Source: Phoronis australis
Lineage: Eukaryota > Animalia > Phoronida
Direction of reading: 5' to 3'
Length of the DNA: 64,000 nt
Assembly: GCA_002633005.1 (NCBI GenBank)
Contig: NMRA01000031.1
Location: forward strand, 843,185 to 907,184
The notes beneath the pieces are model-generated. The model did not search any database. It was given only the letters and a program-made list of their open reading frames with translations, and was not told the origin of the DNA. The number at the start of each line of letters is the position of its first letter. The stretch's first letter is position 1. Below, piece after piece: positions 1 to 14,502 of this stretch. The position numbers were made by a program, and so were the translations under genes.

Positions 1-727
1 AATGTCATAATGTACAGTTAGTTAAGCCCAGAAAATGCCGAGAAGCATAGCATTACCAATACTAGAAAAGTGAAAATGTAAAATAGGTGTTGAAAAATGA
101 CCTCGCTCGTACCACTTGTACGGGTGCGGACCATACGTTTGGCGTTATTTTCGGATTTTTTGTTTGAGCGTACATTTTATGAGCTCAAATTCTGGAATAC
201 GATTGGCAAATATGGTGTACATCTCTTATCTTCAAGCAAACATTTCTGCCTGTGTCGAGCGCTAGTTACAGTGTTTAATAATTTTTGTGCAATATTTGTT
301 GCACTGTGTGGAATGTGTAGTGTGGAGGCTCGGCTGCTCGGAATTGTGTTATTATAGGGCAGGTTGTTCTAGACTAGAGTAACTCCTGTGAACACCACTA
401 TAATCACTAGTTACTGTTATACACACCAGCTTTGCCATGTTGGTGATCAGTCGTCTATTCTCTTTCTATACAGACAAACAGTTTTCGCTTTATTAATTTT
501 CTTCCCTACTGCTTTTGCCTGTCATCTCAAGCTTTAAAAGGGAATAAACTGAGACACCGTCTGCCAATAGCTGTTACAAAGCCATGGCACCATAGATATT
601 GATGGCACTGGGTTCCTTCTTGAGGTTAGTAACCATTTTTAGCTTGAGTTGAGACCACGCCATGTATTGCTGGCCACAACTGGTCAGTTTCAGTGGTCAA
701 GATAGTATGGTCATCAGAGGAATTCCA

Positions 728-820
728 GGTAATTTATTACAATGAATGGACAATGCCATGGCCTCCCAAGTAATTCTTGTAATGAATGGTCAATGGCATG
801 GCCTCCCAAGTAATTATTGC
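728..820. repeat. About 40-bp tandem duplication (2+ copies)
   Basis: AATGAATGG(A/T)CAATG(C/G)CATGGCCTCCCAAGTAATT at about 741 and 781. Confidence 0.8.
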
Positions 821-1101
821 CGGTTTTTACTCACCTTGTAGGTGTTCAGTCAAAGGGTCTTCAGTACAGGCCACAAAATGGTGAAACAGTGAAAAAGGGA
901 AGAAAACTTTACTTCATCATTTCCAAAGTTTATTTTGAATAACTGTCATCAATGGACACACAATGAAATTTGAGCTAACTTTAGCTTTTGGAAGTTGAAA
1001 ATGTTTATTTTGGCTATTATTTTTCTTCAAATTTTAGGGGATTTTACAGTTGTTATCTTTGTGGTCATCTCACCACAGGTCCATTCATGGAAGTGACTTT
1101 A

Positions 1102-1570
1102 AGGCCTTTTCATACTTTCTTAACTCTGGTATGAGCCGAGCATCATCATAAACTGTGAAATAAACTGAATTGTTCATACTAGCTTTGGTAGTTAACGGAC
1201 ATTGAAGTAAATGGTAGGTGATGCTGTCGTCATTGAAGTAATTGCGAGATAGCATCCCATGCACGCTAAGATTTTTTCAGTGTGACAATTTGAGAACATT
1301 TATGTGTGCTAATTGGCATAAAACTTATTTCTAATTCTATTGGTGATTACTCGAGCAAAACAGAAGCAACTATTAGCTTCAACACTGCCCTTTAATTGTT
1401 GACGATAACAGTGGCCTCTGGCGATAACTTCGATGGGACCAAAGTTGACCGTTCATACCACACTGCAGCGTTGATGTTCCGCTGTTAATCCACCTGTTTA
1501 CTGCGAATTAACTCAATGTTGATAACTTTGATCCAGGACCGAAGTTAACCATTCATACTGACCGCAACTA
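1102..1570. mobile_element. Partial copy of the 5360-6081 MITE family, inverted
   Basis: Starts at AGGCCTTTTCATAC; shares blocks such as GCTAATTGGCATAAAACTTATTTCTAATTC and AACTTCGATGGGAC in reverse complement. Confidence 0.6.
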
Positions 1571-2355
1571 CCCAAAACGTAGATGCCTGGCCATTGATAT
1601 AAAAGAGCTTATAGACATAAACATTTAGCCGAGTAATTATGAGCATATCGCAGTTTAGAAACACTTTATAGAAATTATATAAGAAACTAGCAGTTATGCG
1701 TACATTCTCAGAGACTGTGTTTTTGCACAAGTGAGGTTTAATTATTTCCGAAATAGTTGTGAGCATGAGCAGCACTGGACCAAACTTCTGTCAGTCTTAA
1801 GTCACTTTTTCATGACACAGGCCCTTGGTATATAGCCCTGATTCAAATTCATTATGAGTTTGAGAGCTAGTGTCTGATAACCCTGGCAATTAACTGCGTT
1901 TGCTCAGAATTTTAATTACCTTTCTTTGTTGTTGTATCACATTTGGAAAATGGATACAAACTGTTCAGCCAACACAGATGTGAATTGCTTTTGTTTCTAA
2001 GTTTCAGATACTTGAAATGTTTTGGTAAGTGCGTGTTAATGGCTCCCTGACAGAAGTTTGGCATGCCACATTAAGATATGCTAAGCGATGTTTATTTTCC
2101 TGTACATAAAAACTTGTCCTAAAAGAACACTGTTTGCTGGCCTCCTGTGGAAGTTCTGAGGTACTTATCATGGTAACTTACTCATTCCTCAGAGCGTGTC
2201 CTTCCAAAGTTAATCTGGTGTTTCGTTTTGTGCTTTAGGTTTGTGGTGGGTCAGTGCCTTAGTCACAACTCTTTCTTGCTTCTGATTGTGGTAATTAATC
2301 TATTTGTTAGAACAGTAACGCTATTATGTCTTAACCACAATGATTACTTTCTACA

Positions 2356-2418
2356 TGTGTGTGTGTGTGCGTGCGTGCGTGAGTGTGTGTGCGTGCGTGC
2401 GTGCGTGAGTGCGTGTGT
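2356..2418. repeat. Compound (GT)n/(GTGC)n microsatellite
   Basis: Directly visible. Confidence 0.92.
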
Positions 2419-4400
2419 ATGAAGGACTTAATTGACAACAAGTCTGCATATTTAGCCAAAGATCTGCAACACTGCAGGTTTTAAGTCAGTAAAAGTTCAT
2501 ATTTTTTGAAAGAAGAAATCCTGAAGAATTTGGCTTTTTACCTGTAATCAGTTAGGTAATGTTGTTATGTCATTAGAAACATTAAGCACAAAAGATGTGT
2601 ACGTTTATAACAAAGCAATGGTGTCAATAACATGATGAAGTTTTATTTGTATTATGTAAATATTCCAAGATGATATTTCAAAGACAGTTTGATAAAGTAT
2701 CATTTTGTTTTATGCAACTGTAGAATTTTTCACAGGTATCACACAGCTCTGTTTTTGTAGCCCCTCGTTTTAAAGTGGCGCATTATAAAAACAACTCTTA
2801 AAGTGTTTCATACAACATTGCATGAAATGATAAAGTTGATCAATGTGGAAGTGTCATTTGAATCCAGTCAACCATTTCTGAGATGATATTTGGAAGTTTG
2901 TCAAATTTGGACATTTTTGGATCCATCTTAACCTTGAAGTTGAAAGCTTTGACCTCAGGAAGCTTTCTAAGTTGTACACCAGACAATGTTCTTAATACTA
3001 CTATATTGGCAATTAGTGGCTGGTAAAAGTGCAATTTGACACTGCAAGTATGTATAAAGAGAAAACACAGTGAAATGGTTGTTAGGCTGATGTTCTCCGT
3101 AATATGATTTATATTTTTGCCAAAAGAAATTGGATCTGATTACTTTACTCTAAAAATAATGTTTTTGTTGAAAACTTTTTTTTTAGACAGTTAACTGTAT
3201 GTTAGAGCATTTAAGCCACCATACCGTAGTGTCTTCAGAGAATGGAATACTTATTTGATGACACTACTGGATGGATAAGGAATTGAGAAAGCAACACCAT
3301 CAAGAAACTCAAATGTGACGAAGTTTTCAATGTCATGGCGACCGACTGAGTGAGACTGACCATATCAAATTGTTTGGACCTGTATAAGTTTGTAGCCAGG
3401 GAAAAACAAAATGACATGGTGCTGTTGTAAATTTGTAATATTAAGAATTTTGCATGTCAGGGAAGGCTTTTGTTTTTAAAATTTACTTATTCTTCTGTGA
3501 AATAGATAGTAATTTGATCGTATTAATGAAGAAACATACACTTATCAAAAATGCTATAAGATTTGTGTGTCCAACCTAGCTGAACTTATTGTTTTAGCCT
3601 GAAAGGGCCACTTAGTGCCCATGACTGTAAAAAGTGTCTTAAGTTTGTTAAATTTTATTTCATTGTAGATCATACAACTGTAAAACATTACCTGCACACA
3701 ACACTTTTTGAGATATTTACTATTAACCAATGTCTGTTTTCTAAATAAATGAATGAATTCATTTGCGGTGCATTAATGTCATTTTGCAGTGTAGGTAAAT
3801 TTAGTTTAGATTTCATTTTTTAATGTCAGACGAAACTGAACACCAAAGCTCATTAAGGAAGTCGATGTGAGACTTGTCAGTTGTCTTGCAATGAAACTTT
3901 GTGGCCAATAATACCCACCTGCGTGGCTGGCAGGCTTGACGCCCCATAAACGTTGCATGTGACGGCTGGCTAGGCATCAGAATGGGCTTGTTCTCACATT
4001 GAGCGCCACATGGCAAATTTTATGAAAATAATGTTCTAATTGATGTGAAATGATGCTTGTCTAGTCAGCTGGTTTTTAAGTGCAAGTCAGCTTGAATTGA
4101 TGTTGAAATTGAATTTTTGATATATGTGTGTAAAGTTGAGATGAATAGTGCTGAACATTGAGGACGTTTTGTAAGAGGGAGTTTGCTTTTTAATTGAGAT
4201 TGTAATTAATGCATACCGTACTTATGTCTCTGTATGTGCCTGCTGTCAGCCTGCAGAGATAAAACAGCACTCTCCTTGACCATGCTGTTAAGAGTTGTGC
4301 TTAAGATATTTTTTTACAAGTGATACCCTGGTATGTCATTTTCCAGTTTGACCAATAGTGACCCCTGTTATCAAGTCAGTTGAGGTTTCTGTATGCATAT

Positions 4401-4426
4401 GGGGGGGGGGGGGNGGGGGGGGGGGG
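4401..4426. repeat. Poly-G run interrupted by an assembly N (4414)
   Basis: Directly visible; true length unknown. Confidence 0.85.
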
Positions 4427-4721
4427 TGAACATAAGTTCCACACAACAACATCATGTTCTTTTAAACAGTTGCTTTCTATCAGTTGGTGATTGAAATAGA
4501 CACTTGACACTTTCTGTCAAACTTTCTGCAAGTGGCTGTAAATACAGGAAACATATTGTTGAAGGAATATCATTTATACCAACCGGTGATTTTTTAGTGC
4601 ATTTTTATTAAAGGTGCAGATCCCTGGTAACCGCGGAGATACATTTTCCAAATTACTGTTGTTCCTTTGACATGTTTTCACTCTCCATCGAACAATAGAT
4701 CGCGCTGTCGCATATATCCCA

Positions 4722-4940
4722 GCAGGCCTTTATCCAGGATTTCGAAAATAGGGTGTCCAAAATGGGGTTCCCAATATTCCAGGGCGTCTATGATTCTGAC
4801 GCGTAACCCCCCACCCCCAGCAATCACCCCCAAACACACAGATTTTTTAACCAAGACGCTGCATCCCAGCGTCTTGGTTCAACAACAACGACTTACACTG
4901 ACTGTGTTCAATAGTTAGCTCTATGGAACTCAATGTAAAA
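4722..4940. mobile_element. Partial copy of the 18035-18442 hAT MITE family, opposite orientation
   Basis: Starts CAGGCCTTTATCCAGGATTTCGAAAATAGGGTGTCC, the near-exact reverse complement of the right end of the 18035-18442 element. Confidence 0.8.
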
Positions 4941-5359
4941 TCAAGATGTGAGCATGTTGCTGAGCCTTGCAAATCCTATTCTATTCTCACCAGGGAAACA
5001 GTAATGAACTAAGATATTGCTTTCAAACTTCGAAGTAGCTGTGAATGTCTGAAGAAGATGTAGAAAGAAGGTGGACCTAGGCTCTTTAAAAAGTTATCCA
5101 CCTATCTGCCTTCCGTGATTTTCGTTATCAGAAATACTATTTGAATTGAACCTAAAATTGCTATGAATTGATCTCAACTTACACCTTAGGAGTTGCGATT
5201 TCTGAGCTTCATAGCTATGGATGCTTGTGAGAGAGAAATTTGAAATGTGGGGTTGACGTATTTCTTATTGTATTTTATAGTCTACCATGAACAAAATGGC
5301 CCTAGGCCTCACCTGGCTCAGACTAATCAGTCATTGCATCATAGGCAAAATAGTTCAAA

Positions 5360-6081
5360 AGGTCCTTTCACAATAACATCCATGTTTTGGGTAGTTGCAG
5401 TCAGTATGAACAGTTAATGTGGGTTTTGTACTGAAGTTAACAGTGCCTGTTAACTGGTGGATTTTATAGTGGAGCCTGGACACTATGATGCAGTATGAAT
5501 GGTCAATATCAGTCCCATCGAAGTTATTGCCAGGGGCCGCTGTTGTCATCAACAATTATAAGGCAATATCGTTGCTAATAGTTGCTTTCATTTTGCTCGA
5601 ATAATCACCAATCGAATTAGAAATAAGTTTTATGTCAATTAGCACATGCAAATGTCCCCAAATTGTCACATTTTAATCTTAGCGTGAACTCGATGCATCA
5701 TCGCCACCTTGCGATTGTAAACGGTGAAATCAATTTAGGACATAATGTGGCCGACAATTGAAATTTGTTTTCGTCATTTTTCCAAGAAAGACATGTAGCA
5801 CCAAATTATATGATTTTCCACAAGTACAATCAAATAAAGTTTTGAAAATGTGTTGGCAATCACAAGCAGGTTGGAAGCCCTTGAAAAATTAAAAAAGGTC
5901 TTTTGGCAATTATTTTTGTCCCAATTTGGTGTGATTTTACCGTACGTAGATGACAACAGCGTCATCTACCATTTACTTTGAGGTCCGTTAACTACCGATG
6001 CTGGTACGAATGGTTCAATTAACTTCGCAGTTTACGTCAATGCTCTGCTCAGACCGGAGTTAAGTCAGTATGAAAGGGCCT
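5360..6081. mobile_element. MITE with GG(T/C)CCTTTCA(C/T)A termini (Harbinger-like); an inverted relative lies at about 1100-1570 and a fragment at about 10030-10406
   Basis: Ends GGTCCTTTCACA / TATGAAAGGGCC; several hundred bp are the diverged reverse complement of 1100-1570. Confidence 0.6.
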
Positions 6082-6487
6082 TTAATAGAAGTTACATATT
6101 TGTAAAATATTTGATTATGGCAAATAAAAAATGCACATTTAATATTACGTATTTTTCATTTCTTTAATTTTGTTTTGGTTTGTTAAACAACATAAATTAT
6201 ACTTTTCGCATCTGCGGAAGAATGCCAAAATAAGATTGACCTACTGGAATAATGCCGGGAGGTCACGCTGAACTCGTTATTACAAAGTGTGGGCAATTGG
6301 ACTGTTATTAACTGACTTCTTGTGCTTCTTACAAATCTGACAATGCTGTCCAGTGGTGTGTTGTTTACTCACTCAAAGACGCGGTTTGCAAGCTATGATG
6401 TGTTTGGCCGAATTGTTCACAAAAATCATGTAGTTAACATTCCTGATTGTGAAGTAGGCCTTTCGTGGGGATTGGTTGGCAATGTTA

Positions 6488-7455
6488 CAGTGGCGGATCT
6501 AGGATATCACAAGGGGGGGCTAACATTTTTTTCTGTAAGCATTTGCGCAAACCACGATTGTAGATGCGTATAGCACAGAATAGGAGGAGGTCGGGAGGGG
6601 GGTTCGCCCCCCCCTCCCGATCAAGCATTTTCCTTGATTCCTATTCCTGAAGTATTATCCAAGAAAAAAGGAGAACGTGTCAAACAGGAAAAACTGCACA
6701 CACCACAGTCTCGAACTCTCAACCTGGCGGATAGAGCGTGCGTGCTTTACCACAACACCACCATGATTTAACTCTTAATCAAATACTAAGAGACCTACTT
6801 GTTTATGGTCCACAGCGTTTATGCGTGAAACCTACTTCTTTTTGTAATGCTTATTACACGTTTTATATTTTCTGCACTCAGTTCATAACAAATTTGTTGT
6901 ATTTAAAATAGTCTTCAAATGCCCAAAAGACCAAATCCGTTTTTCGTGTTGGCAATAATGACGGGATTGTTTTGGAAATCGTCTTAAGTTGAGGTTTGAC
7001 GAAGAGATAATTATGAGTTTCTGAGTGATTCACTATGGCTTCGATTAAAATTCACATCTTACCAGCAGCTTCTGTTTTTTCATCGTCACTCGGATTCCAT
7101 TTTCTTTAAAAAATGAAGTAAATTTTCTTCATTGCACAGTGAAGCAGACGACGGAAACGGAGTCGTAGTGTGCATTGCCACTGCCAGTCGCCTGGGATAT
7201 CGCGGGAGAGCCTATACTTAGCCATAGTTTTGTTACGATTGCACCGTGTTCCGAATTTGACACTTAAAATTGGATCTGAGCCCCCCCCAAACACTAAAAC
7301 TGCACACATTTAAATCTTGTTTGATCCGTATAATTTTAATTATCTGGGTTAGTTAATAAACTCAACATTTCTCTACGCTCTTGCTGTTTTATTTTTTTGC
7401 TGCAGCCAAGGGGGGGGGGGGGCGTGACCCCTGCCCCCCCCTAAATCCGCTTATG
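6488..7455. mobile_element. Non-autonomous hAT-like element (968 bp) with apparent 5-bp TSD
   Basis: TIRs CAGTGGCGGATCTAGG / CCTAAATCCGCTTATG; flanked by TGTTA on both sides; G/C-run subterminal motifs. Confidence 0.72.
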
Positions 7456-10400
7456 TGTTAGGAAGAACCGATACATTATTTTAGGGAAAATACTAAACTC
7501 CAATAAATTAATATGTTGAAGGCTATAAGCATATGTGGCTGGTAACAGGTTGTACTGTTGGGTAGTAAAGGGTGGTGGATACTTAAATGTCTACACACAC
7601 CTGTGAATTTCGGTGTGTACCAGTAGATTGGCTCATGCGGTATTTGGAATAGCACTATATGACAACATGGCGTTTGATGCAGCAGTAACGTAACTGTCAT
7701 TGCCATGTCCAACTGGTCCATTCACCCCTCCGTTGTGTTCACATATCCTAAGGGCAACAACTTGTTTAATGGTTCAAAAATTCATGTGTATGTTATTTTT
7801 TGTGTCGGCTGTTTTGAACTGAACAGGACACTAACAAAAATTATCATTGATAATAATATTGTGGATTTAGCATGCGTTATTATGTCTATGTTTTTATCTC
7901 GATTTGATGCAAACTTATTTTGAACATTAGTTTTATGTTTTATGTCCTATGTTGAAGTACAGAGAATGGATTTCCTGTGACATCTTAAATATAATTATTT
8001 ACTGCATGGTTAACTGACGATCATAATTTGGATGCTAGACCAAAATTAACCATTTAAACTGACTGGTGACACTCCTCAAACATTGGATACTTGCAGAGAA
8101 TGGGGTCCCCATAAGTCCCTGGGAGATGATGACATTCTGTGACATTTGCTTGCCGGGAATTCTGTGACATTTTGAGAATTCTGTATAGTTTGTCGAGTTT
8201 ACAGTTACTTTAGGATGCATCAAGTGGTAGTTCGTTTTTTCACAAATTGTAAAATTATGGATTTCATCTCTGACAAATATTGTGTCTTGCATATGTGACA
8301 AAAGCAAAGTTGATATGTATTACATATGCAAAAAGAACTTTAAAAGTTGAGACTTCACTGTGACATTCAGTTTTGAGATGTGACAAATATTGACTGAGAA
8401 TCCATTCTGTTTAAGAACTTACTCTGATTATTTTTATTCAAAATGATTAAATTATATAGAAGTGTAATGAAAATTCCGAATAAGCAGAAAATTTTCCTAA
8501 TTTCAGACACTGAAAATTAGTTATTTCCTTAAAACTATGTGGCTATGTCTTTGATTTTCAAATGCCAGTATATATGAACGAAATTTTGTTGTGAATCCAA
8601 AGCTGTGAAAGTTTCATCATTGTTCGACAAGCATTGATGTTGACGGAAATTTTTACGACACTTTAACGTTGAACCAGTGTCTTGATTGCGTGACCAATGA
8701 GACCTTGCAGTCCAACTTGGGCTGTTTTGTGCAGGTGTTGTGAGCTACCTGGCAGTTGAGCTTAGAAATAATAAGATTTATGGCCCATGTTACACCAGTT
8801 AGTGTCTGCTTGGCTAAGCTCCCTGTTGCTTGCTTATTAAAAGCTGTTCAGCAAAGGATACACAGCCACTGTTGACTCAGCTTGGTTGATTGTGCATATT
8901 ATGGCTAGTCTCCATTATCCCTATACTTGTGTTTTCTTTCATGATGTGTAGATGTATTAATGTGAGTGCCAGCATTGCTGCAGCATTGTCCATGTTTTCA
9001 AATGTCTAATCAAAAGCATATTTCACATTATCCCATGAATAGCCCAGATTGTATGTGACTCATTCATTCATAGAAATAGCACTGAATGTGATACCCCAGC
9101 TTGGCTTTGTTTAGGGACTAGTTTACACCCCAGGTGTTCATTAATTGTGGGAAATCACCTTCATCTTGGCCTACTTGTTCATTTTCCTGAATATTAATGT
9201 GATGGCCACTGATCAGGTGAGACAGTTTTGTCTTGTACTATTATACCATTACAACAGACTGAATTAGTAATGTGTTTACAGTCTTAGTACAGACACTTTC
9301 TGTGACTTACCCTACATTCTCACCTTTCCTGGAATGTCTTTTCAGGTGTTCCCATTTGTTGAATGAATTATGTAAAAGGAACAGGGTTATACATGAACTT
9401 CAGTAATCTTGAGGTAAGTGATTTTCTTGAATTTGAACTTTCCCTTTTTGTTACTGCTTTGTCTTCACACCACCAAATTATCATCTTGATCCTTTCAAAG
9501 GTACTATATTGTAAATAGTGGCATATCAGACTAAGGACCTCACTTTTGACAGGGTCTCATATCTCCAACATGAAGCTGGTGGTACATATCACTGGCCCTC
9601 TTGTTAAAGCCCTTTCCCGCCAATGTCGACGTTTCAGTGTAAAGAAGAACATTGGCCAGTGGGAATGCTTAAATTCAGCTGAGATGTTGACTTCTTAGTA
9701 AGGTAATGAATTTTTCAGTGAAGCAGTTGATACATGATGGCAGATGCGATTCTCAGCTTTAGTGTCATACAAGTTATCTGCAGACATGTGTTGTGTTAAA
9801 AATCTGCAAATATTTCCTTCAAATATTCTGCATCCTAGTACTATACACATTTCATTTCAGTTAGGTACTGGACTCTTTATCATTAAATAATTTAAGTTCG
9901 CTGCCGCTGATTTATTTTTGGATCACCTTTTGTTGCCAAAAGGAAAACCTTAGGCGCACGTAAAACAGCTCTAGTAATATCCTTGGGTCAATGGTTTGGA
10001 GAATGTCGGTTGCTATGTAACATCACTGTCGGATCTGAGTTAACAGTGTTCATTTACTTCACAGTTAACTAACAGATTCAACAATGGAACGTAGACTTCA
10101 TCAAAACCGTATGAACGCTTAACTTCAGTGTCATGGGCAGGTTTCTATCTATATCAGTACGTCTTGCGATTTGATTTGATATATTTGTTCAAATATTCAC
10201 TATTCTACCTATTTACTTCATTTAAAACCTTTATCATCCGACCACTTGTATCATACTTCAAATTAAAAAGATCGCTCCTGCATTATGTTTTTGGAGCGCC
10301 ATCGTCTGATAACAAGTCACACCTAACTACAATAACTTGGGTGTCCACTAACTGCGAAAGCTGGTGTGAAAGGTTCAACTATCGTTGCAGTGGGTATGAA

Positions 10401-13400
10401 AGGGCCGTAAGACCACGGTATTTCAAAAGTTTATGTTTTGACTGAAACTTGGTACTTATCCACTTTGTCTTGTTACAAACATGAAGTGGAATACTTTAGC
10501 CATCTTGGAGTTTAAAAGTAATGCCATAATTTCCTGAAATGTTGAATTTTAACGACTTGAAAATGTTTTTTCTGAATATGAACTTCAGATGCTAATTCCA
10601 GACAATCTTTAAAATTCAGAAATGAGCAGTTTCTGTGTAAATTGCAAATTTATAAATACTTGTAATTCACAAAGTTCTGAAGTGAATTAATCATTGAATT
10701 TTAATTTATGAACAGTTTGACGTGGTTAAAATATTTGTCTACTCGAAAGTGTCACACCGCCAAATAAATCGGTTCCTTTGTCCCAATAGCCAGTTTGAAG
10801 TTGACAAGACCATGAGCAAATACAGTCATTGAACTACTAATATAAAATATCAGGCAGGAGTTAAATCTTCAGCCTGTTGATTCTTCTACTTGGGTTTTTA
10901 CATTTGATCTGTGCTGAAAAGGCTGTTTATAGGAAACTAGACAAAGCACCTTTTTAATAAGGTTAAATAAATACTTCTAAATGCTTGGGTCCACAAAAGG
11001 TTATAAGTGTTCGTGGATAGCAATGAACAATTGTGCTGGTTGTGGTACCTCTTCAGGTAAACACTAGCCTAGCTAAATCAACAGTTGTGTGTGCACTGGA
11101 GTGCTAGACCCAACTTGAACAATGGGTTGCAACTGGTGTTTTTCAATGTTCTCTTCCTTTGTTGGTTAATTGCGTGGAAATACAGTTTTATTGACACACT
11201 GGCAAAGCATACAGCCATTGGAGAGTTCAACAAGTTGAGATATGAGCTTGGAACTAACTGAGCACTCTCTCTCAAGGAAGCAATATGACTTTTGTCTCGG
11301 AAACCAGATCACCTCATGTCTGAAGTAGGGTACTCACATTTTGCTGAAAGACTATATGGTTGGATTAAGCTAACTTTTATATATAAGATTCAGGTAGGTC
11401 ATATTACTTGTATTTAGGTTCACAATTTAATTATTGTTAAAGAACGTCCATTAACGACGAAAGATAATTCAGAAATTCGAGCCACTTTTCTGTCAATCAT
11501 TAAGGATAAAATGAAAAAATGAGATAAAACTTAAAAACAGCTGATGCAAAATTTCTTTTGTTCACCAAGGAAGGTCATCTCTTGGCCTATAGATTTGTGT
11601 CTGCCAGTACCTGGTTTAAAGCTTCAAATTTTCTGCTGTGGTAATTGCGTGTCCCTCTCTTTATCCTCTCACCAGAGCTCCTTTCAAACTAGTCCAACTG
11701 TGCATCTGACTATTATAAGCTACTGCCTGCATTCCCTTGAAGTTTCCTTTGAATCTAATAGGTCATTATTGAGGTGTTTAATGCCAGTCATTAAAGGAAA
11801 GCAGTGCCCTGCCCAGACCCAGTGTCTCCTAATCAAGTCAATGGGTAAACTATAACCCACAACTTGATCCTGTAAAAGGCCTCAAGTGTTAGGTTGTGGC
11901 GCTGATTTTATTGGATTCAGTTGTGTTGTTTTGTACCATGAGCTTTCTGGTTTTGTTCGAAATGGTTGGACTGTAATTTTTGTTTCACACATGGATAGGC
12001 TGGGACTTTGTTGTTTTTTTTTACAAAAGTCATTTAATTATCCCCACTGCACAACATTATCTGTATGACATCATGGTGAGTGGTTATGGATAAAAAGAAG
12101 GTGTCACAAAAGAATCGAAGGAGTTCAGTAAGATACCACTGCTAAATTGGTATGATAAGAATAGTAGGTGGAGCTACGGTATACATTTGTTCAACAAAAC
12201 ATAGCGCCATCTAGTGACACTGCTTATGTCAATGACTGGTGTGTAGCAAAACCAAAATGGTAACTTTTGTGTCGTATTCTTTTCAGCTCCTTTTAACAAG
12301 ATTTGGTGTAAACCGCAAATTTTTTAATATCTGACTTTAATGAACTCATGAAAACTGTTGGCTGCATGTTAATGATTTTTTTTTTTGATGCAAAATAATT
12401 AAGAATGCTCTTCAGTAAATGTCCGGTTCTTTTTCAACACACTCCATACATCTTCCAATATTTGTTTGCATGGAGTTACAGCTGACTGTAATGCTTAGGT
12501 AGAAATTCTCTAGTTCGAGCTGAAAATTTTACTGTTTTGCTGAAGGTCGGAGCTTTTACCAATTGGTCCTCTCAAAATCAAGGAGACAACCGTTCACCTT
12601 CATGTTGCACACCACGGCGACTCATGAAAACATATTTTAATAACTGCCAAGTCTTTTTTCAGACTGTTTTGATACAAAACGCACTGTCCCACATATGAGA
12701 AATATGATATAAACGCTAAAATCACCTGTTTGCCAATTTTCAGAATCAAGAAAATTAAAATTCTGCTGGAATATTGGAGGCTCTAATTGTAGAGTCTGTC
12801 CCAAATGGGTGAATTTTTACTGTGCAGTAATAAAGTATTTCTAACAGAAACTTGTTCTCCTGCAAAATATGCTACACCACCTTTCAATAGGATTGTGAAA
12901 GTGGTGGGGCTGTATTGAGACTACTCTGTTGTTTTCAGACCAACTAAACCCTAGTGTAACTTTCTATAGTTGTAATTATTGCAAACAGACAATTAAGACT
13001 GTTGTAACCCTAGTTCATGCTTTTTGTCGCTAGTCCTCACTGCTGAAACTTTCCGATTCATCCCAGTTAGTTCCATGGTGGGCCATTGTTTCCAAAGAGA
13101 TTTGACTACAACGCCACCTTCAGAGTTACAACTTTTTCAACTTCCGTGTTGACACCGAACTACAAGGATTGAGACCTCTCACTGAACCACCCTCCCAGAG
13201 GATTATAACCAGGCTACAGTTGCAGCTTTTAATTAGACATGGATCGGGAAAGCTCATCAAAAATATCTTTTAAACAATTACCGTAATTACAAAAGAACCA
13301 TCTCGCAATGTCTACAACAGTTACACTAGTTTGAATAGCATTTACACAGCCACGGAACCTAGCGACAACTTGTTCCAGGAGTAACTTGTTCTAGGGTAAG

Positions 13401-13987
13401 TCTATGTGTGGATCGCACTATACAGTGTTTGCCAAACTAACTAGGATTTGTTTTGATGTGCTCTTGTGTTGTTTAGAGGTTTTCTTAGGTCATGATAACA
13501 GCTAATGGTTGTCTGTGAGGTCAAGAGATTAGCTTGTGATAGCCTGTGTACCATATGTCAGGCCTAGGTAGGGTACTGTTTGATAATGGGTCTTTGTACA
13601 TTCTATCACATTGGCAGTGGGATCTGCAGGACAGATGGGGAATGAAAGTGTTCATTGTGCCTTTCTAACACCAGGCATGTTCTAGGAAGAAGTGGTGTTT
13701 TGTCTAAAGTTTTATTTATTAGGAAGATTAAAATATTCTTTATTTAGCATTCTCACCAGGCTTTTTGTGAGCCCCACGCTCAAATTAAGTCCCACGGTCA
13801 ATTTGTGATCGAGTGTAATACCAGAGTTGTGCTTTGCTGGACTTGATTTGTATAACTTGAGTTTCCAGTCACATTTTCAGACAATATTTTGAAGTATCTT
13901 ATATGTGGTCGAATATATGTGTACATTGGTGAATATTTGAAAACTTATTATACCACAACTTGTGTTCATATTGACAGTAACCCCTAC

Positions 13988-14185
13988 CAGGGCTTTATCC
14001 AGGATTTCGAAAATAGGGTGTCCAAAATTGGGTTCCCAGTATTCCAGGTCGTCCATGATTCCAGTAGCGCATTACCCCCACATTTCACCTGTAATCTCCC
14101 CACACACCAGAGTGAGGTTTTTAAAAAAAATGTGTAAATCACGGCTTTTACATCTTAGTTTACAAAAACAGCTCCCCTGTAGTAA
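13988..14185. mobile_element. Partial copy of the same hAT MITE family, cut by the N at 14186
   Basis: CAGGGCTTTATCCAGGATTTCGAAAATAGGGTGTCC terminus. Confidence 0.78.
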
Positions 14186-14186
14186 N

Positions 14187-14502
14187 TTCCTTGGCTGCCG
14201 CAAAAAACTAAAACAGCAAGAGCGTAGGGAAATGTTGAGTTTATTAATTAACCCCGGTAATTAAATTTATACGAATGAAACAAGATTTAAGTGTGTGCAG
14301 TTTAGTGTTGGGGGAGGCTCAGATCCAGTTTCAAGTGTTAAATTCGGAACACAGCGCATTCGTAACGGAACTATGGCTAAGTATAAGCTCTCCTGCGATA
14401 TCCCAGGCGACCGGCAATGGCGCTGCACACTACGACTCTGTTTCTGTCATCTGCTCCACTGTGCAATGAAGAAAATTTACTTCATTTTTTAAAGAAAATG
14501 GA
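14187..14502. mobile_element. Inverted partial copy of the 6488-7455 element (matches about 7094-7410)
   Basis: Direct reverse-complement similarity; the ORF track gives near-identical spurious peptides at 7106..7309(-) and 14295..14492(+). Confidence 0.8.
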
